64,000 bases of DNA from Alphaproteobacteria bacterium (GTDB lineage Bacteria > Pseudomonadota > Alphaproteobacteria > MPNO01 > UBA830), in contig OZ251539.1 of the NCBI GenBank assembly GCA_965243135.1, positions 5,888,001 to 5,952,000 of the forward strand. Reading direction: 5' to 3'. Shown here in pieces: positions 44,551-55,932 of this stretch. The translations under genes were made by a program, and so were the position numbers. A model generated the notes under the pieces. The model was not told the DNA's origin. It did not search any database and saw nothing but the letters and a program-made list of their open reading frames with translations. How positions within the stretch are numbered: the stretch's first letter is position 1; each line of letters opens with the position of its first letter.

Positions 44551-45570
44551 CTACGGAAGGTAGAACTGCAGGCCGAACCAGCGCCACCGCCCGTTCCGGG
44601 CCAGCATCGTGCAGTTGATGCGCGATCGCCCTTTCGGCAGCGCTTCGCCCAACCGCACCTCTATCCTCGGGCCGAGAAGCTCGAGCTTCAGCTCTCCCTG
44701 CCTCGCCTCGTAGCAGGAAAGGCGCTCCAGTCTTCGCGCGACCGGCTTCGAGACGACGGTGAAGCCGAACGGCGGGGGATTGGTCTCGCTGGAAAGAAGC
44801 GGGTCCGCGGGGGTCACGTCCTTTACGGGCAGCGGCAGCGCATTCGCCGCGAGCTTGAAGCGGTCAAGTCCGCCGTAGGTCTCGTTCATCGAGAAGCGCG
44901 GCAGGTAGTACATGTCCTGCAGGTAATGAATTGCGCCGGAATGTTGTCCAAATCCGAAAGCGAACCCGGATTCTTTCGCCGCGTCGCGCACGGCGAGGCT
45001 GTACTCGCCGTAGGGATAGGCGATGATGTCCGGCGTAACGCCGAGCTCCTCGCGGAACCGTTCGTTCGAGACCCGCAATTCTTCCAGGTTCTCGGTCACG
45101 CTGTCGCGCGGCATGTGCGGATGCGAGTGGGTCTGGCTGCCGATCGAGACCCCCGCCGCGTGCAGTTCGCGCAGTTGGTCCCAGCTCATGTAGCCGGGCG
45201 TCCCGTCGTCCAGCGGCTTCGTCGCGACGAAAAGGGTGAACGGCATGCCGGCGTCGCGCAGGCGCGGCCATGCCTCCTCGTAGACGGAGAGGAACGCGTC
45301 GTCGATCGAAATGCCCACCGCGCGCTCGGGCAGCGGTTCGCGCGCCGACAGCTTGCCCAGGATTTCGGGAATCGGCAGGACGCTGTATCGGGAATCCGCC
45401 AGTTCGCCGAGATGGGCCTCGAACTGCTCGAGCTGGATGTTCGTCGACGGAAGAGAGGATTCTCCGAATCGGTGGTACATCACCACCACGGCCGAATCCG
45501 CCGCCAGCGTCGGCGACGGCGCTAGGCCGACGGCGGCCGCGAGGACGATTTTACGCAGGGTGCGGGACAT
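44551..45570 (-). CDS. Polysaccharide deacetylase family protein
   Basis: VMYHRF, SIDDA, GSQTHSHPHM, AYPYGE. Confidence 0.9.
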   Translation of the reverse strand: MSRTLRKIVLAAAVGLAPSPTLAADSAVVVMYHRFGESSLPSTNIQLEQFEAHLGELADSRYSVLPIPEILGKLSAREPLPERAVGISIDDAFLSVYEEAWPRLRDAGMPFTLFVATKPLDDGTPGYMSWDQLRELHAAGVSIGSQTHSHPHMPRDSVTENLEELRVSNERFREELGVTPDIIAYPYGEYSLAVRDAAKESGFAFGFGQHSGAIHYLQDMYYLPRFSMNETYGGLDRFKLAANALPLPVKDVTPADPLLSSETNPPPFGFTVVSKPVARRLERLSCYEARQGELKLELLGPRIEVRLGEALPKGRSRINCTMLARNGRWRWFGLQFYLP

Positions 45571-45639
45571 GGAAACGACTATAGGCCGGCGACGGAGTTC
45601 CGGACAGGGCCGGTTTCCCGCTTCGCCGGAAGATCCCGG

Positions 45640-46203
45640 TCAACGGTCGGCCCGCATCATCGATTCGGGCAGCGCGCCGTCCCCGAGAAGGTCGTAGCCG
45701 CCGGAGTCGAACAACTGATAATGCCACCATTCGTTCCTGTAGAAATCCCATCCCGCCGCGGTCATGAGTCCGAGCAGAAACAGGCGGTTGGCCTGCGCCT
45801 CGCGGGAGATTTCGGTGCAGCCGTGGTGCGACAGCGGCGTGAACGCGTCGAAACCGGTGCCCATGTCGAGCGTCTCGCCGTCCGGCTTCGCGAGGGTGAG
45901 GTCGACCGCGACGCCGCGCGAATGCGGAGATCCCTTTTGCGGAGGGGTGAGGTAGTCGGGGTCGGGCGTGTGCTTCCACATCGCCCATTGCGCCTCGGCC
46001 GGACGAAAGGCGTCGTATATCCTCAGCGTCAGGTCGTGGGCGGCGGCGAGGGCGACGGCTTTCCGCAGAGCCGCCGCTGCGTCGGCGTGGAGATAGCAGC
46101 CCGGGCGCGCGTAGATCGGCGCCCCCGTGAAGTTGTCCGCGGTGGCGTAGACGATGTCGCAAACGACGTCGAAGCGCCGTTCGGAGATTTCAACCAACGT
46201 CAT
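45640..46203 (-). CDS. ddpX: D-alanyl-D-alanine dipeptidase (VanX family)
   Basis: YATADNFTG, DAFRP, SPHSRGVAVD, EWWHY. Confidence 0.9.
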   Translation of the reverse strand: MTLVEISERRFDVVCDIVYATADNFTGAPIYARPGCYLHADAAAALRKAVALAAAHDLTLRIYDAFRPAEAQWAMWKHTPDPDYLTPPQKGSPHSRGVAVDLTLAKPDGETLDMGTGFDAFTPLSHHGCTEISREAQANRLFLLGLMTAAGWDFYRNEWWHYQLFDSGGYDLLGDGALPESMMRADR

Positions 46204-46268
46204 CCAGGTTCTCCGAAGATGCTTCAAACCTATATTATCCGTCCCCGAATCGCGAAAGCGCTACGCGG

Positions 46269-46940
46269 ATGCCTCTGACGCTCGCTTTCGATACGAGCGC
46301 CGAGGCGTGCTCGGCGGCGCTCCTGAGGAACGGCGCCGTGCTCGCAGAGGAACGGAAGCGCATGGCGCGCGGTCATGCGGAGGCCCTGATCCCGATGGTC
46401 GACCGGGTCGTGCAGGCGGCGGACGAATCGCTTTCGGCCGTCGAGATCGTCGGGGTGGTCGCCGGTCCCGGCTCGTTCACCGGCCTTCGCGTCGGGATCG
46501 CGGCGGCGCGCGGCTTCGCGCTGGCTTCGGGCGCCCGCGCGGTCGGCGTGTCCGCGTTCGAGGCGGTTGCCCTCCGCGCGCTGGAGGACACGGGGCGACG
46601 CGCTTCGATCCTCTGCGTTCTCGAGACGCGAAGGTCGGATTATTTCGCGCAGGGCTTCGGCGTCGACGGAAAGGCCCTGACGGCCGCTTCCGTAATGACT
46701 TCCGGCGAACTCCGCCAACGCCTTTCGCAAGGCGAATGCCTCCTCGCGGGAAACGCCGCAAGGCGGCTCCTGTCCGAATTGCCGCGCGCCGGCTTCGCCC
46801 TCGCGCCCGGAGACGGCCTGCCGGTCGCCGCCGACGTCGCCCGGCTCGCCGACCGCGCGGGAGAAAACGCGTCCGGCCCGGAGCCGTTGTATCTTCGGGC
46901 GCCGGAAGCCAGGCGTCCGGACGGCGGCTTCCGGGGATGA
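46269..46940 (+). CDS. tsaB: tRNA threonylcarbamoyladenosine biosynthesis protein TsaB
   Basis: LAFDTS, GHAEAL, GPGSFTGLRVG, EPLYLR. Confidence 0.93.
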   Translation: MPLTLAFDTSAEACSAALLRNGAVLAEERKRMARGHAEALIPMVDRVVQAADESLSAVEIVGVVAGPGSFTGLRVGIAAARGFALASGARAVGVSAFEAVALRALEDTGRRASILCVLETRRSDYFAQGFGVDGKALTAASVMTSGELRQRLSQGECLLAGNAARRLLSELPRAGFALAPGDGLPVAADVARLADRAGENASGPEPLYLRAPEARRPDGGFRG

Positions 46941-47425
46941 CGGGGCATTCGCTGGTTCCCGTCGGCGAAACCGACGTCGGAGAGATGGCGCGCATCCATG
47001 CGCTGTCGTTCGACGACGCCTGGAGCGGCGCCACGTTTCGCAGAATTCTGGCGACGCGGGGAACCTGCGGCATTGCGGCGCGGCACGACCGCAAATGGAC
47101 GGTTTCCGGCTTCGCCCTGCTGCGCCTCGCGGCGGACGAGTGCGAACTCCTCACCATCGCTGTCGCGCCCGAGCGCCGCGGCGCGGGCGTAGGCGCGCTG
47201 CTGTTGCGAGCCGCGTTGGGACAGGCGCGGGAACGAGGCGCCCGGAAGTTCTTTCTGGAAGTCGCCGACGACAACTATATTGCCCGGCGGCTCTATCGAA
47301 GCCATGGCCTGCGGCCGGTCGGGCGCCGCCGCGCCTATTACGACCGAGCGGGCGGCGCGTCCGCGGACGCCCTGACCATGCTCCGCGACCTCGGAGATCA
47401 GGCCTTTCGCACGACGAGCCTGTGA
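46937..47425 (+). CDS. rimI: RimI-like GNAT acetyltransferase
   Basis: ELLTIAVAPERRGAGVG, FLEVA..N..A..LY..RRAYY; follows tsaB. Confidence 0.85.
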   Translation: MTGHSLVPVGETDVGEMARIHALSFDDAWSGATFRRILATRGTCGIAARHDRKWTVSGFALLRLAADECELLTIAVAPERRGAGVGALLLRAALGQARERGARKFFLEVADDNYIARRLYRSHGLRPVGRRRAYYDRAGGASADALTMLRDLGDQAFRTTSL

Positions 47426-47631
47426 GCCGGCGGATCCGGCGCGAGCGAGACGATCTCGTGCCCGAGTTCGATCAGGGATTCCGGGACGTTCCGGAGCGGC
47501 TCGGCGCCCGCCAGGCGGATTTCCAGGATTTCGCCCGGGGACATCTTCTCGATCTGCAGCCGCGTCCTGACGAACGTCATCGGGCAGACGTCGCCCGTAA
47601 TGTCGATAAAGTGGTCTGCGGTGTCCTTCAT
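47398..47631 (-). CDS. Sulfurtransferase TusA family protein
   Basis: IDITGDVCPMTFVRT; 77 aa. Confidence 0.85.
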   Translation of the reverse strand: MKDTADHFIDITGDVCPMTFVRTRLQIEKMSPGEILEIRLAGAEPLRNVPESLIELGHEIVSLAPDPPAHRLVVRKA

Positions 47632-47704
47632 CGAAGCGAACGTTGCAATATCCCGGACGCTCCGTATACATGGTTTTCGTCCGGTTGTCGCAGGAGATCG
47701 TTGC

Positions 47705-48106
47705 ATGGACGAATGTCCGAAAGACAAGGAGATGCTGGCGTGGACGACCGAGATCGTCGCGGCGCATGTCGGCAACAACGCCGTGGCGATCCACGATCTG
47801 CCGCTGTTGATCCGCACGGTTCACGATTCGCTGGCGGGCTTGTCGGCCGCGCCGGCCGCGGGAGACCGGCAGCGGCCGGCGGTTCCGGTCGGGAATTCAG
47901 TGACGCCGGACCACATCGTATGCCTCGAAGACGGGCGGAAGTTCAAGATGCTCAAGCGGCATCTCGCGACGGCCTACGGCATGACGCCCGACGAATACCG
48001 CGAGAAATGGGGCTTGCCGGACGACTATCCGATGGTGGCGCCCGGGTACGCGGAACAGCGCAGTTCGCTGGCGAAGGAGATCGGGCTGGGCCGGCGGCGG
48101 GACTAG
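47705..48106 (+). CDS. mucR: MucR/Ros family transcriptional regulator
   Basis: IVCLEDGRKFKMLKRHL..EYREKWGLP.DYPMVAP.Y. Confidence 0.93.
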   Translation: MDECPKDKEMLAWTTEIVAAHVGNNAVAIHDLPLLIRTVHDSLAGLSAAPAAGDRQRPAVPVGNSVTPDHIVCLEDGRKFKMLKRHLATAYGMTPDEYREKWGLPDDYPMVAPGYAEQRSSLAKEIGLGRRRD

Positions 48107-48153
48107 GACGCCCGCGCTTTGACTATGCGGCCCCGGTTCCCTACTCTTCGGGA

Positions 48154-48585
48154 ATGATGGTGGCGACGGCGATAGAGCGCTTGTGCGCTGAAAAAGGCCT
48201 CAGAATGACCGGGCAGCGGCGGGTGATCGCCCAGGTCCTGTCCGAGGCCGAGGACCATCCCGACGCCGAGGCGCTGTACGCCCGCGCCAGCCGGATCGAT
48301 CCCCGCATCAGCATGGCCACGGTGTACCGCACCATCCGGCTGTTCATGGAGGCGGGGATCCTCGAGCGCCACGACTTCGGAGACGGGCGGGCGCGTTACG
48401 AGACCGCGGACGACGCCGACGGCCATCACCACCATATCATCAACGTGCGGACCGGCGCCGTGACCGAGTTCGAGAACGAGCAGCTGGAGGTTCTGAAACG
48501 GCGCATCGCCGCCGACCTCGGTTTCCGGATCGTCGGGGAGCGGCTGGAACTGTACTGCGTTCCGATAGACGGCGACGAGACGTGA
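48154..48585 (+). CDS. fur: Fur family transcriptional regulator
   Basis: GLRMTGQRRVIA, DHPDAE, ISMATVYRT, HHHHII. Confidence 0.9.
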   Translation: MMVATAIERLCAEKGLRMTGQRRVIAQVLSEAEDHPDAEALYARASRIDPRISMATVYRTIRLFMEAGILERHDFGDGRARYETADDADGHHHHIINVRTGAVTEFENEQLEVLKRRIAADLGFRIVGERLELYCVPIDGDET

Positions 48586-48615
48586 AGCGCCGCGGCTCCG
48601 AGACGGGGACTGGGC

Positions 48616-49425
48616 GTGACTGACGCGGTCCTCTTCGACCCCATCCGGCTCGGAAACCTGGAGTCCCGGATGGCGCGGACCAGGGCCGAGATCGAGGCGG
48701 CGCAGGCGTTGCGCTATCGCGTCTTTTACGGCGAAATGTCCGCCGTGCCTTCGGCCGAAGCGGCGGCGTCCCGCCGCGATTCCGACCGGTTCGACGAAAT
48801 CTGCGACCATCTGCTCGTGGTCGACGCCGCGCGCGCCGACCTGCCCGGCGGGGTGGTCGGGACCTACCGCCTTCTGCGCAGCAGCGTCGCCGCCCGGCAC
48901 GGCGGCTTTTACACGACCGGAGAATTCGAAATCGACGAGGTCGTCTCCTATGCCGGCGAGACGCTCGAACTGGGACGGTCCTGCGTGGAAGCCGAGTACC
49001 GCAACCGTCCGACGATGCAGCTGCTCTGGCAGAGCATCGCGCAGTACGTCTTTCGCTACGACATCGGCATAATGTTCGGATGCGCCAGCATACAGGGAAC
49101 CGATCCGGAGGCGCTGGCGCTGCCGCTTTCCTATCTCTACCATTTTCACCTCGCCCCGGTCGGGCTGCGCCCCCGCGCGCTTGCCGAACGCCGCGTCGAC
49201 ATGCGGATTTTGCCGGAGGACGGGATCGACCGGCGGGCGGCTCTCGCGGCGCTGCCGCCCCTCATAAAGGGCTACCTGAGACTCGGCGGCTTCGTCGGCG
49301 ACGGAGCGGTCATCGATCGCGAGTTCAGCACCACGGACGTCAGCATCGTGGTCAAGACGGACCTCGTGACCGAAAAATACTTCAAGCATTACGAGCGCAA
49401 GAGGCTCCGGGCCGAAGGAGCGTGA
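48616..49425 (+). CDS. OlsB-like GNAT N-acyltransferase
   Basis: [35 protein letters not shown]. Confidence 0.85.
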   Translation: MTDAVLFDPIRLGNLESRMARTRAEIEAAQALRYRVFYGEMSAVPSAEAAASRRDSDRFDEICDHLLVVDAARADLPGGVVGTYRLLRSSVAARHGGFYTTGEFEIDEVVSYAGETLELGRSCVEAEYRNRPTMQLLWQSIAQYVFRYDIGIMFGCASIQGTDPEALALPLSYLYHFHLAPVGLRPRALAERRVDMRILPEDGIDRRAALAALPPLIKGYLRLGGFVGDGAVIDREFSTTDVSIVVKTDLVTEKYFKHYERKRLRAEGA

Positions 49426-50231
49426 TGGGGTCGCCTTTCCTGGCGCTCGCCAGAATCGCGGCGTATCTGTCGCTGACCTTCGCGCTGCTTCCGGTGCAGA
49501 TATTCGCGGTATGGGCGCGGCTGGAACTGGCGGCGCGGCTGCCGCTCTTCTACCACCGCGTTTGCGCCCGCATACTCGGCTTCAGGATCCGGCTGACCGG
49601 CGGCATTCGGCGCGGCGGGCCGATCCTCTACGTGTGCAATCACACGTCCTACGCGGACATCACGATTCTGGGCGCGTTGCTTCCGGCCTCGTTCGTGGCG
49701 AAGGCGGAGATATCCGACTGGCCCTTGTTCGGATTGCTGGCGCGGTTGCAGCGGTCGGTATTCGTCGACCGGCGGGGGATTCGTACGATGCGGCACCGGG
49801 ACGAGATCGCGCGCCGCCTAGAGAACGGCGACAGCCTGATCCTCTTTCCCGAGGGAACGAGTTCGGACGGCAACTCGGTGCTTCCGTTCAAGAGCGCGCT
49901 GTTCGCCGCCGCGCACGGCGCGCCGGCCGGAGGTTCGCTGCAAGTGCAGCCGGTTTCGATCGCCTACACCCGCCTCGACGGCATGCCGGTCGGCAGGGCG
50001 CTGCGCCCGTACTTCGCATGGTACGGGGACATGGAGCTGGCTCCCCACGTATGGGAAGTCGCCGGCCTCGGACGGGTCACCGTCGACGTCGTCTTTCATC
50101 CCCCGGTGACGGCGGACCGGTTCGCGACGCGACGGAAGCTCGCGGACCATTGCCACGAAGCCGTCCGCAGCGGCGTGTCGGCCGCCAACGCCGGCCGGCT
50201 GGACCGGTTCGCGTCTCCGGCGCCGTCTTGA
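49425..50231 (+). CDS. PlsC/OlsA-family acyltransferase
   Basis: NHTSYAD (HX4D), FVAK, FPEGTS. Confidence 0.9.
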   Translation: MGSPFLALARIAAYLSLTFALLPVQIFAVWARLELAARLPLFYHRVCARILGFRIRLTGGIRRGGPILYVCNHTSYADITILGALLPASFVAKAEISDWPLFGLLARLQRSVFVDRRGIRTMRHRDEIARRLENGDSLILFPEGTSSDGNSVLPFKSALFAAAHGAPAGGSLQVQPVSIAYTRLDGMPVGRALRPYFAWYGDMELAPHVWEVAGLGRVTVDVVFHPPVTADRFATRRKLADHCHEAVRSGVSAANAGRLDRFASPAPS

Positions 50232-50341
50232 CAGTCGCCGGCATGGTGGATAGCCTTGCGCACGGGCCGTCGTCCGCGGCCGCGAAGGGTCGGCGGGCGG
50301 GCGGGAAATTGCAGGGGCGGGCGGAACCCGCGAATGCCTCC

Positions 50342-51691
50342 TTGAAACTCTACGTCAAGAATTACGGCTGCCAGATGAACGTCTACGATGCCAGGCGCAT
50401 GGAGGACGTTCTCGCCCCGTTGGGATACCGGCCGGTCGGCGCGGCCGAGGAAGCGGACCTCGTCGTTCTCAACACCTGCCACATCCGCGAGAAGGCCGCC
50501 GAGAAAGTGTATTCGGAGCTCGGCCGGCTGCGCGCGATGCAGATGCGCGGAAAGCGCTTCATGATCGGCGTCGCGGGTTGCGTCGCGCAGGCCGAGGGCG
50601 CGGAACTGATGCGCCGCGCGCCTTACGTCGATCTGGTGGTCGGCCCGCAGACCTATCATCGCCTGCCGGAAATTCTGGCGCGGATCGGGCGCGAGTCCGG
50701 GCGCGGCGTCATCGACACGGAGTTTCCGCCCGAAACGAAGTTCGACCTGCTGCCGCGGCCGAGCGGACAGGGAGCGTCGGCGTTCCTGACCGTGCAGGAG
50801 GGGTGCGACCGTTTCTGCGCGTTCTGCGTCGTGCCCTACACCCGCGGCGCGGAGCATTCGCGGCCGGCGGCGGACGTCATGGCCGAAGCGATGGCGCTGA
50901 CCGCCGCGGGCGCCCGCGAGATCACGCTTCTCGGCCAGAACGTGAACGCCTATCACGGCGCGCTGGAGGGCGGCGGCGAATGCCGGCTGGCCGGGCTGAT
51001 CGAGCGCCTCGCCGAAATTCCCGGCCTCGAACGGATCCGTTACACCACGTCGCATCCCCGCGACATGACGGACGACCTCATCCTCGCCCATCGCGACATC
51101 GCCAAGCTCATGCCCTGGCTGCACCTGCCGGTGCAGTCGGGTTCGAACGCGGTTCTCGCCGCGATGAACCGCCAGCATCGCGTCGAAGACTATCTGGATA
51201 TCGTCGACCGGCTGCGGGAGGCCCGTCCGGACATCGCGCTTTCTTCCGACTTCATCGTCGGGCATCCGGGCGAGGGCGAGGAGGACTTCGAAGCGACGCT
51301 CGAACTCGTGCGCGCGGTGGGTTTCGCGCAGGCCTATTCGTTCAAGTACAGCCCGCGGCCCGGCACCCCGGCGGCCGCGCGGGAGGACGCCGTGGAGGAA
51401 ACGGTCAAGGCCGAACGTCTCGAACGGCTTCAGGCGCTGCTGAACGAGCAGCGGATCGCCTTCAACGACGCCTTCCGGGGACGGACCGTTCCCGTTCTGC
51501 TGGATCGCCGCGGCCGTTCCGACCGTCAGCTCGCCGGACGGAGCGCCTGGATGCAGGCGGTGCACGTGAACTTTCCCGACGTCGCGCAGGCCGCCGATTC
51601 GGCCGGTCGCATTGTGGACGCGCGGGTGGTGGCCGCGCATCCCAATTCGCTGGCCGCAGTGCCCGCGGTCCGGCGCGGGGAGGCCGCTTGA
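50342..51691 (+). CDS. miaB: tRNA methylthiotransferase MiaB
   Basis: [35 protein letters not shown]; TTG start. Confidence 0.96.
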   Translation: MKLYVKNYGCQMNVYDARRMEDVLAPLGYRPVGAAEEADLVVLNTCHIREKAAEKVYSELGRLRAMQMRGKRFMIGVAGCVAQAEGAELMRRAPYVDLVVGPQTYHRLPEILARIGRESGRGVIDTEFPPETKFDLLPRPSGQGASAFLTVQEGCDRFCAFCVVPYTRGAEHSRPAADVMAEAMALTAAGAREITLLGQNVNAYHGALEGGGECRLAGLIERLAEIPGLERIRYTTSHPRDMTDDLILAHRDIAKLMPWLHLPVQSGSNAVLAAMNRQHRVEDYLDIVDRLREARPDIALSSDFIVGHPGEGEEDFEATLELVRAVGFAQAYSFKYSPRPGTPAAAREDAVEETVKAERLERLQALLNEQRIAFNDAFRGRTVPVLLDRRGRSDRQLAGRSAWMQAVHVNFPDVAQAADSAGRIVDARVVAAHPNSLAAVPAVRRGEAA

Positions 51692-52653
51692 GGCAGCGCG
51701 CGACATCGGGCGGCGCGCCGTTGTTCCTCGAATTCGACGACAACCGGCTGCTGCCCATGCTGTTCGGGGATTTCGACAGGCATCTGGCGCGCATGGAGCA
51801 GGCGCTGGGGGTATCGATATCGTCGCGCGGCAACAGCGTCACGATCACCGGCGCGCCGTCGATGGCCGAGGCCGCTCGCGCGGCTCTCGAATCCCTTTAC
51901 GGACGGCTCTCCCAGGGACACGACGTCGCTCCGGCCGACGTCGACGCGGCCGTGCGCCTGGCCCGGACCGGCGAAGAATCGCAGGCGCGCGGCCGGGTTC
52001 TTCGCACGCCGAAGCGCCACATCTCGGCGCGCTCGGCCGGCCAGGAGGCCTACATCAGGGCGCTGACGGACAAGGATCTCGTTTTCGGGCTCGGTCCCGC
52101 GGGCACCGGAAAGACCTATCTGGCGGTCGGCATGGCGGTGTCGTTGCTGACTTCCGGACGGGTCGACCGCATCGTGCTCTCGCGCCCCGCGGTCGAAGCC
52201 GGCGAGCGGCTCGGGTTCCTTCCCGGCGACATGCGCGACAAGATCGACCCTTACCTGCGTCCGCTCTACGACGCGCTGTACGACATGATGCCCGCCGATC
52301 AGGCCGACCGCCGCCTGGAAACGGGCGAGATCGAGGTCGCGCCGCTCGCCTTCATGCGCGGCCGCACGCTTTCCAACGCTCACGTGATCCTCGACGAGGC
52401 GCAGAACACCACTCCGGTCCAGATGAAGATGTTCCTGACCCGCCTCGGCGAAAACGCCCGCATGGTCGTGACGGGCGATCTCAGCCAGATCGATTTGCCG
52501 GCGGGGGCGGTCTGCGGCCTCCGCCACGCCGCGCGGACCCTCAAGGAGGTGGAGGGCGTCGGGATCGTCAATCTCGGAGTCGGAGACGTCGTTCGGCACG
52601 AGCTCGTGTCGCGAATCGTGTCCGCTTACGACGGCGCCGAGGGGAACCCTTGA
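51688..52653 (+). CDS. phoH: PhoH family ATPase
   Basis: [37 protein letters not shown]. Confidence 0.95.
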   Translation: MRQRATSGGAPLFLEFDDNRLLPMLFGDFDRHLARMEQALGVSISSRGNSVTITGAPSMAEAARAALESLYGRLSQGHDVAPADVDAAVRLARTGEESQARGRVLRTPKRHISARSAGQEAYIRALTDKDLVFGLGPAGTGKTYLAVGMAVSLLTSGRVDRIVLSRPAVEAGERLGFLPGDMRDKIDPYLRPLYDALYDMMPADQADRRLETGEIEVAPLAFMRGRTLSNAHVILDEAQNTTPVQMKMFLTRLGENARMVVTGDLSQIDLPAGAVCGLRHAARTLKEVEGVGIVNLGVGDVVRHELVSRIVSAYDGAEGNP

Positions 52654-52654
52654 C

Positions 52655-53140
52655 GTGGGCGAGTGCCTCGTCGAGATCCGGGTCGACGCGGCGGCCTGGC
52701 GGGAGATCGAATTCGAAGCCGTGGTTCGCGAAGCCGCCTCCGGGACTCTGCGCGAGGCGGGGCCGAAGGGCGGCCCGCTGGAGCTGAGCGTTTTGTTGAC
52801 CGACGATTCCGCCATGGCCGATCTGAACAGGACGTGGCGGGGAAAGGACGGGCCGACGGACGTGCTTTCCTTTCCCGGCGATTTCCGACCGTCGCCGGCT
52901 CCGCGGCTTCTGGGCGACGTCGCGCTGTCGATCGACGCCCTGAAGGCGGACGCCGCGCGCGCCGGCCTGTCCGCGACGGATCATCTGGCGCATCTGGTCG
53001 TGCACGGCATCCTTCACCTCGTGGGATACGATCACGAAAGCGATTCCGAAGCGGCGGCGATGGAGAAAGCCGAAGCGGACATTCTCGGCGCGATGGGAAT
53101 CGCGAATCCTTACCTGCGGGAGGCGACGCTGCGTTCATGA
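52655..53140 (+). CDS. ybeY: rRNA maturation RNase YbeY
   Basis: PTDVLSFP, HGILHLVGYDH. Confidence 0.95.
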   Translation: MGECLVEIRVDAAAWREIEFEAVVREAASGTLREAGPKGGPLELSVLLTDDSAMADLNRTWRGKDGPTDVLSFPGDFRPSPAPRLLGDVALSIDALKADAARAGLSATDHLAHLVVHGILHLVGYDHESDSEAAAMEKAEADILGAMGIANPYLREATLRS

Positions 53141-54006
53141 CGGGCCGTTCGGATTCAAGGCGCGACGGCAAAGGAAACGGCGAGTCCCGAGTGCGCGGAT
53201 GGCTGCGGGCGTTGCGCGTCGGGAGAAACGGCGGCGACAGCATTCGCGACACGATCGAGGAATTGATCGAGCAGGAAGACGAGAACGGGAACGCCGAGGA
53301 GCTGGCGCTGTTCCGAAACGTGCTGAGCGTCCGGGACGCCGCGGTCGAGGACGTCATGGTGCCGCGCGCCGACATCGTCGCCGTGGACGTCGAGACTTCC
53401 CTGGCGGACGTGGCGCAACTCATGAACCGGAGCAGTCATTCGCGGTTGCCGGTTTATCGCGGGCGGCTGGACGACGTGATCGGCATGGTCCACATCAAGG
53501 ACCTGCTCGCCCGACGGAAAGACGATTCGAGCGTCGAGTCGATCGTCCGCAAGCTGCTGTTCGTCGCTCCCTCGATGCGCGTTCTCGAGCTTCTGCTGCA
53601 GATGCGGGTCAACCGCATTCACATGGCGCTCGTCGTCGACGAGTTCGGCGGCATCGACGGTCTGGTGAGCATCGAGGACCTCGTCGAGGAGATCGTCGGC
53701 GAGATCGAGGACGAGCACGACCACGGCACTCGACCCGGTCTCGTTCGGAGAGGCGATTCGATCGACGTGGACGCGCGGCTGGAAATCGAGGATTTCGAGA
53801 AGGAGACGGGCTCCTTCCTGAGCGACGCGGAGCGGGAGGAGGTCCACACCATGGGCGGCCTGGTGTTCTATATCGCGGGCCGCGTTCCGGGCCGCGGCGA
53901 AGTCATCCGCCACGAAACCGGAATCGAATTCGAAATTCTGGAGGCCGATCCGAGGCGGATTCGCCGGATCCGGGCAACGGGCGTTCCGTCCGGCGAGAGC
54001 GAATGA
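53137..54006 (+). CDS. CBS-domain CorC/HlyC family protein
   Basis: VMVPRADI, HSRLPVY, DEFGGIDGL, EEIVGEIEDEHD. Confidence 0.92.
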   Translation: MTGRSDSRRDGKGNGESRVRGWLRALRVGRNGGDSIRDTIEELIEQEDENGNAEELALFRNVLSVRDAAVEDVMVPRADIVAVDVETSLADVAQLMNRSSHSRLPVYRGRLDDVIGMVHIKDLLARRKDDSSVESIVRKLLFVAPSMRVLELLLQMRVNRIHMALVVDEFGGIDGLVSIEDLVEEIVGEIEDEHDHGTRPGLVRRGDSIDVDARLEIEDFEKETGSFLSDAEREEVHTMGGLVFYIAGRVPGRGEVIRHETGIEFEILEADPRRIRRIRATGVPSGESE

Positions 54007-55577
54007 CGCGCTTGCGGGCCGCGTCGGCGCGCCTCGCTTTCGGGATCGCATCGCTCGCCGGCTGGCGCCGCTGCTGCGCGGCCGCGTCGTTCGGTGCCTG
54101 CGCCGCCGCCGCCCAGCCGCCGTTCCACGTTCTTCCGGCGCTCGTCGCTGGATTCGCTGGCCTGATCTGGCTCCTCGACGGCGCCGCGACGGCTCGCAGA
54201 TCGTTCGGCGATGGCTGGATGTTCGGGGCGGGCTACTTCGCGGCGGGGCTTTACTGGGTATCGAACGCGCTGCTGGTGGACGCGGAAAGGTTCGCCTGGC
54301 TTGTCCCGTTCGCCGTTGTCGGACTTTCGTTCGGGCTGGGAGTCTTCGGAGGCGTGGCCGCGCTCGCCGCGTATCGGTTCCGGACGACCGGACTGACGAG
54401 GGTATGCGTTCTGGCGGCCTGCTGGACGTTCTTCGAATGGGCGAGGGGAGCGGCGTTCACGGGATTCCCCTGGAATCCCGTCGGCAACGTTTGGGTCGCG
54501 GCATTGCCGGTGCTGCAGGCGGCGGCATGGTTCGGAGTCTACGGGCTGTCGTTCGTGACCGTGTACGCGGCCGGCGCCTTCGCCATGCTGGCGTCGCCGG
54601 GATCCCGGTTTTCCGCCGCGTCGGGGGTCTGCTTGCTGGCGGCGCTCGCCGTCGCGGGCGGCGTCCGCCTGGCGGCCGCTTCGGACGAAACGGTCGACGG
54701 AGTGAAACTGCGCATCGTGCAGCCGAACATTGCGCAGCGCGACAAATGGCGGAACGACAGGAGGGCCGCCAATCTGCGGAAGCTTCTGGAACTGAGCGCC
54801 GGCGGGGGGGCGACGCACGTGATATGGCCCGAAACGGCCGTACGCTTCGCGCTGACGACGGACGGCGGAAGCCGCCGGTTGCTGCGCGCCGCCGTGCCGC
54901 GGGACGGGATTCTGGTCACGGGTTTCACGAGGTACGGGTTCGACGGCGGCCGGTTGAAAGAGGTCTGGAACAGCCTCGCCGTCCTCGACGGCGACGCGCG
55001 GATCGTCGGAGTCTACGACAAGCACCGGCTGGTGCCGTTCGGCGAGTTCGTGCCGTTTCGCTCGTTTTTGCCGATGGACAAGATCACTCCCGGCGCGCTG
55101 GATTTTTCTCCCGGGTCCGGGCCGGCGACCCTGAGGCCGGCCGGGTCGCCGCCCTTCAGCCCGTTGATCTGCTACGAGGCGATCTTTCCCGGCGGCGTAA
55201 CCGCGCCGGACGACCGTCCCGCGTGGCTGTTGAACGTCACGAACGACGCATGGTTCGGCGGCAGCGCCGGTCCGTACCAGCATTTCGCCTCGGCGCGGAT
55301 GCGGGCGGTGGAGGAGGGGCTGCCGCTGGCGCGAGCCGCGAACACGGGGATTTCGGGCGTGGTGGACGCTTACGGGCGCGTGAAGGCACGGCTCGATCTC
55401 GAGGAGGGAGGGGTCATCGACGCGGATTTGCCCCGCGCCGCCGTCCGGAGAACGCCTTATTCCCTCTATGGGGATTTGCCGGCCGCGATCATGGCATTCG
55501 CCATGTTGTTGGCCATCTACCTTCACGGAAAAAGGAGCGACGGCCTCAATAGTCGACGAGATTTCGCCCATCCATAA
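54003..55577 (+). CDS. lnt: Apolipoprotein N-acyltransferase
   Basis: TGFPWN, WPETA, YDKHRLVPFGE, ICYE, TNDAWFG, AANTGIS. Confidence 0.96.
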   Translation: MTRLRAASARLAFGIASLAGWRRCCAAASFGACAAAAQPPFHVLPALVAGFAGLIWLLDGAATARRSFGDGWMFGAGYFAAGLYWVSNALLVDAERFAWLVPFAVVGLSFGLGVFGGVAALAAYRFRTTGLTRVCVLAACWTFFEWARGAAFTGFPWNPVGNVWVAALPVLQAAAWFGVYGLSFVTVYAAGAFAMLASPGSRFSAASGVCLLAALAVAGGVRLAAASDETVDGVKLRIVQPNIAQRDKWRNDRRAANLRKLLELSAGGGATHVIWPETAVRFALTTDGGSRRLLRAAVPRDGILVTGFTRYGFDGGRLKEVWNSLAVLDGDARIVGVYDKHRLVPFGEFVPFRSFLPMDKITPGALDFSPGSGPATLRPAGSPPFSPLICYEAIFPGGVTAPDDRPAWLLNVTNDAWFGGSAGPYQHFASARMRAVEEGLPLARAANTGISGVVDAYGRVKARLDLEEGGVIDADLPRAAVRRTPYSLYGDLPAAIMAFAMLLAIYLHGKRSDGLNSRRDFAHP

Positions 55578-55932
55578 CGTGGTTGCGGACACGCGAATTC
55601 TCCGATCCGGTCGAGACGCTCGACGAACGCAAGCAGACGCGAACGCTTCCGAACGACGATTCCGGAGAATACAGAGGACGCGCCTGCCGCCTTCCAAAAC
55701 CGCACGGATTGCATCCTCATCCACGAACGACAGGGAATTCAGTACCCCGCCTACACATAGCCGAACGCCGCGCTGCCGTTCGCGCGGTTCGAACGCGCTC
55801 CTGTTCGAAACCGAGACAGACGGCAGGCGTGCGCGTACTCCAAGCCTGCCTACGGGATTGCCGTTCGCCGCCTTGATGGGGGTTTGCAGCACGCCCGGGC
55901 CGTTGGCTCCACCGAAAAGACGACACTGCGGA

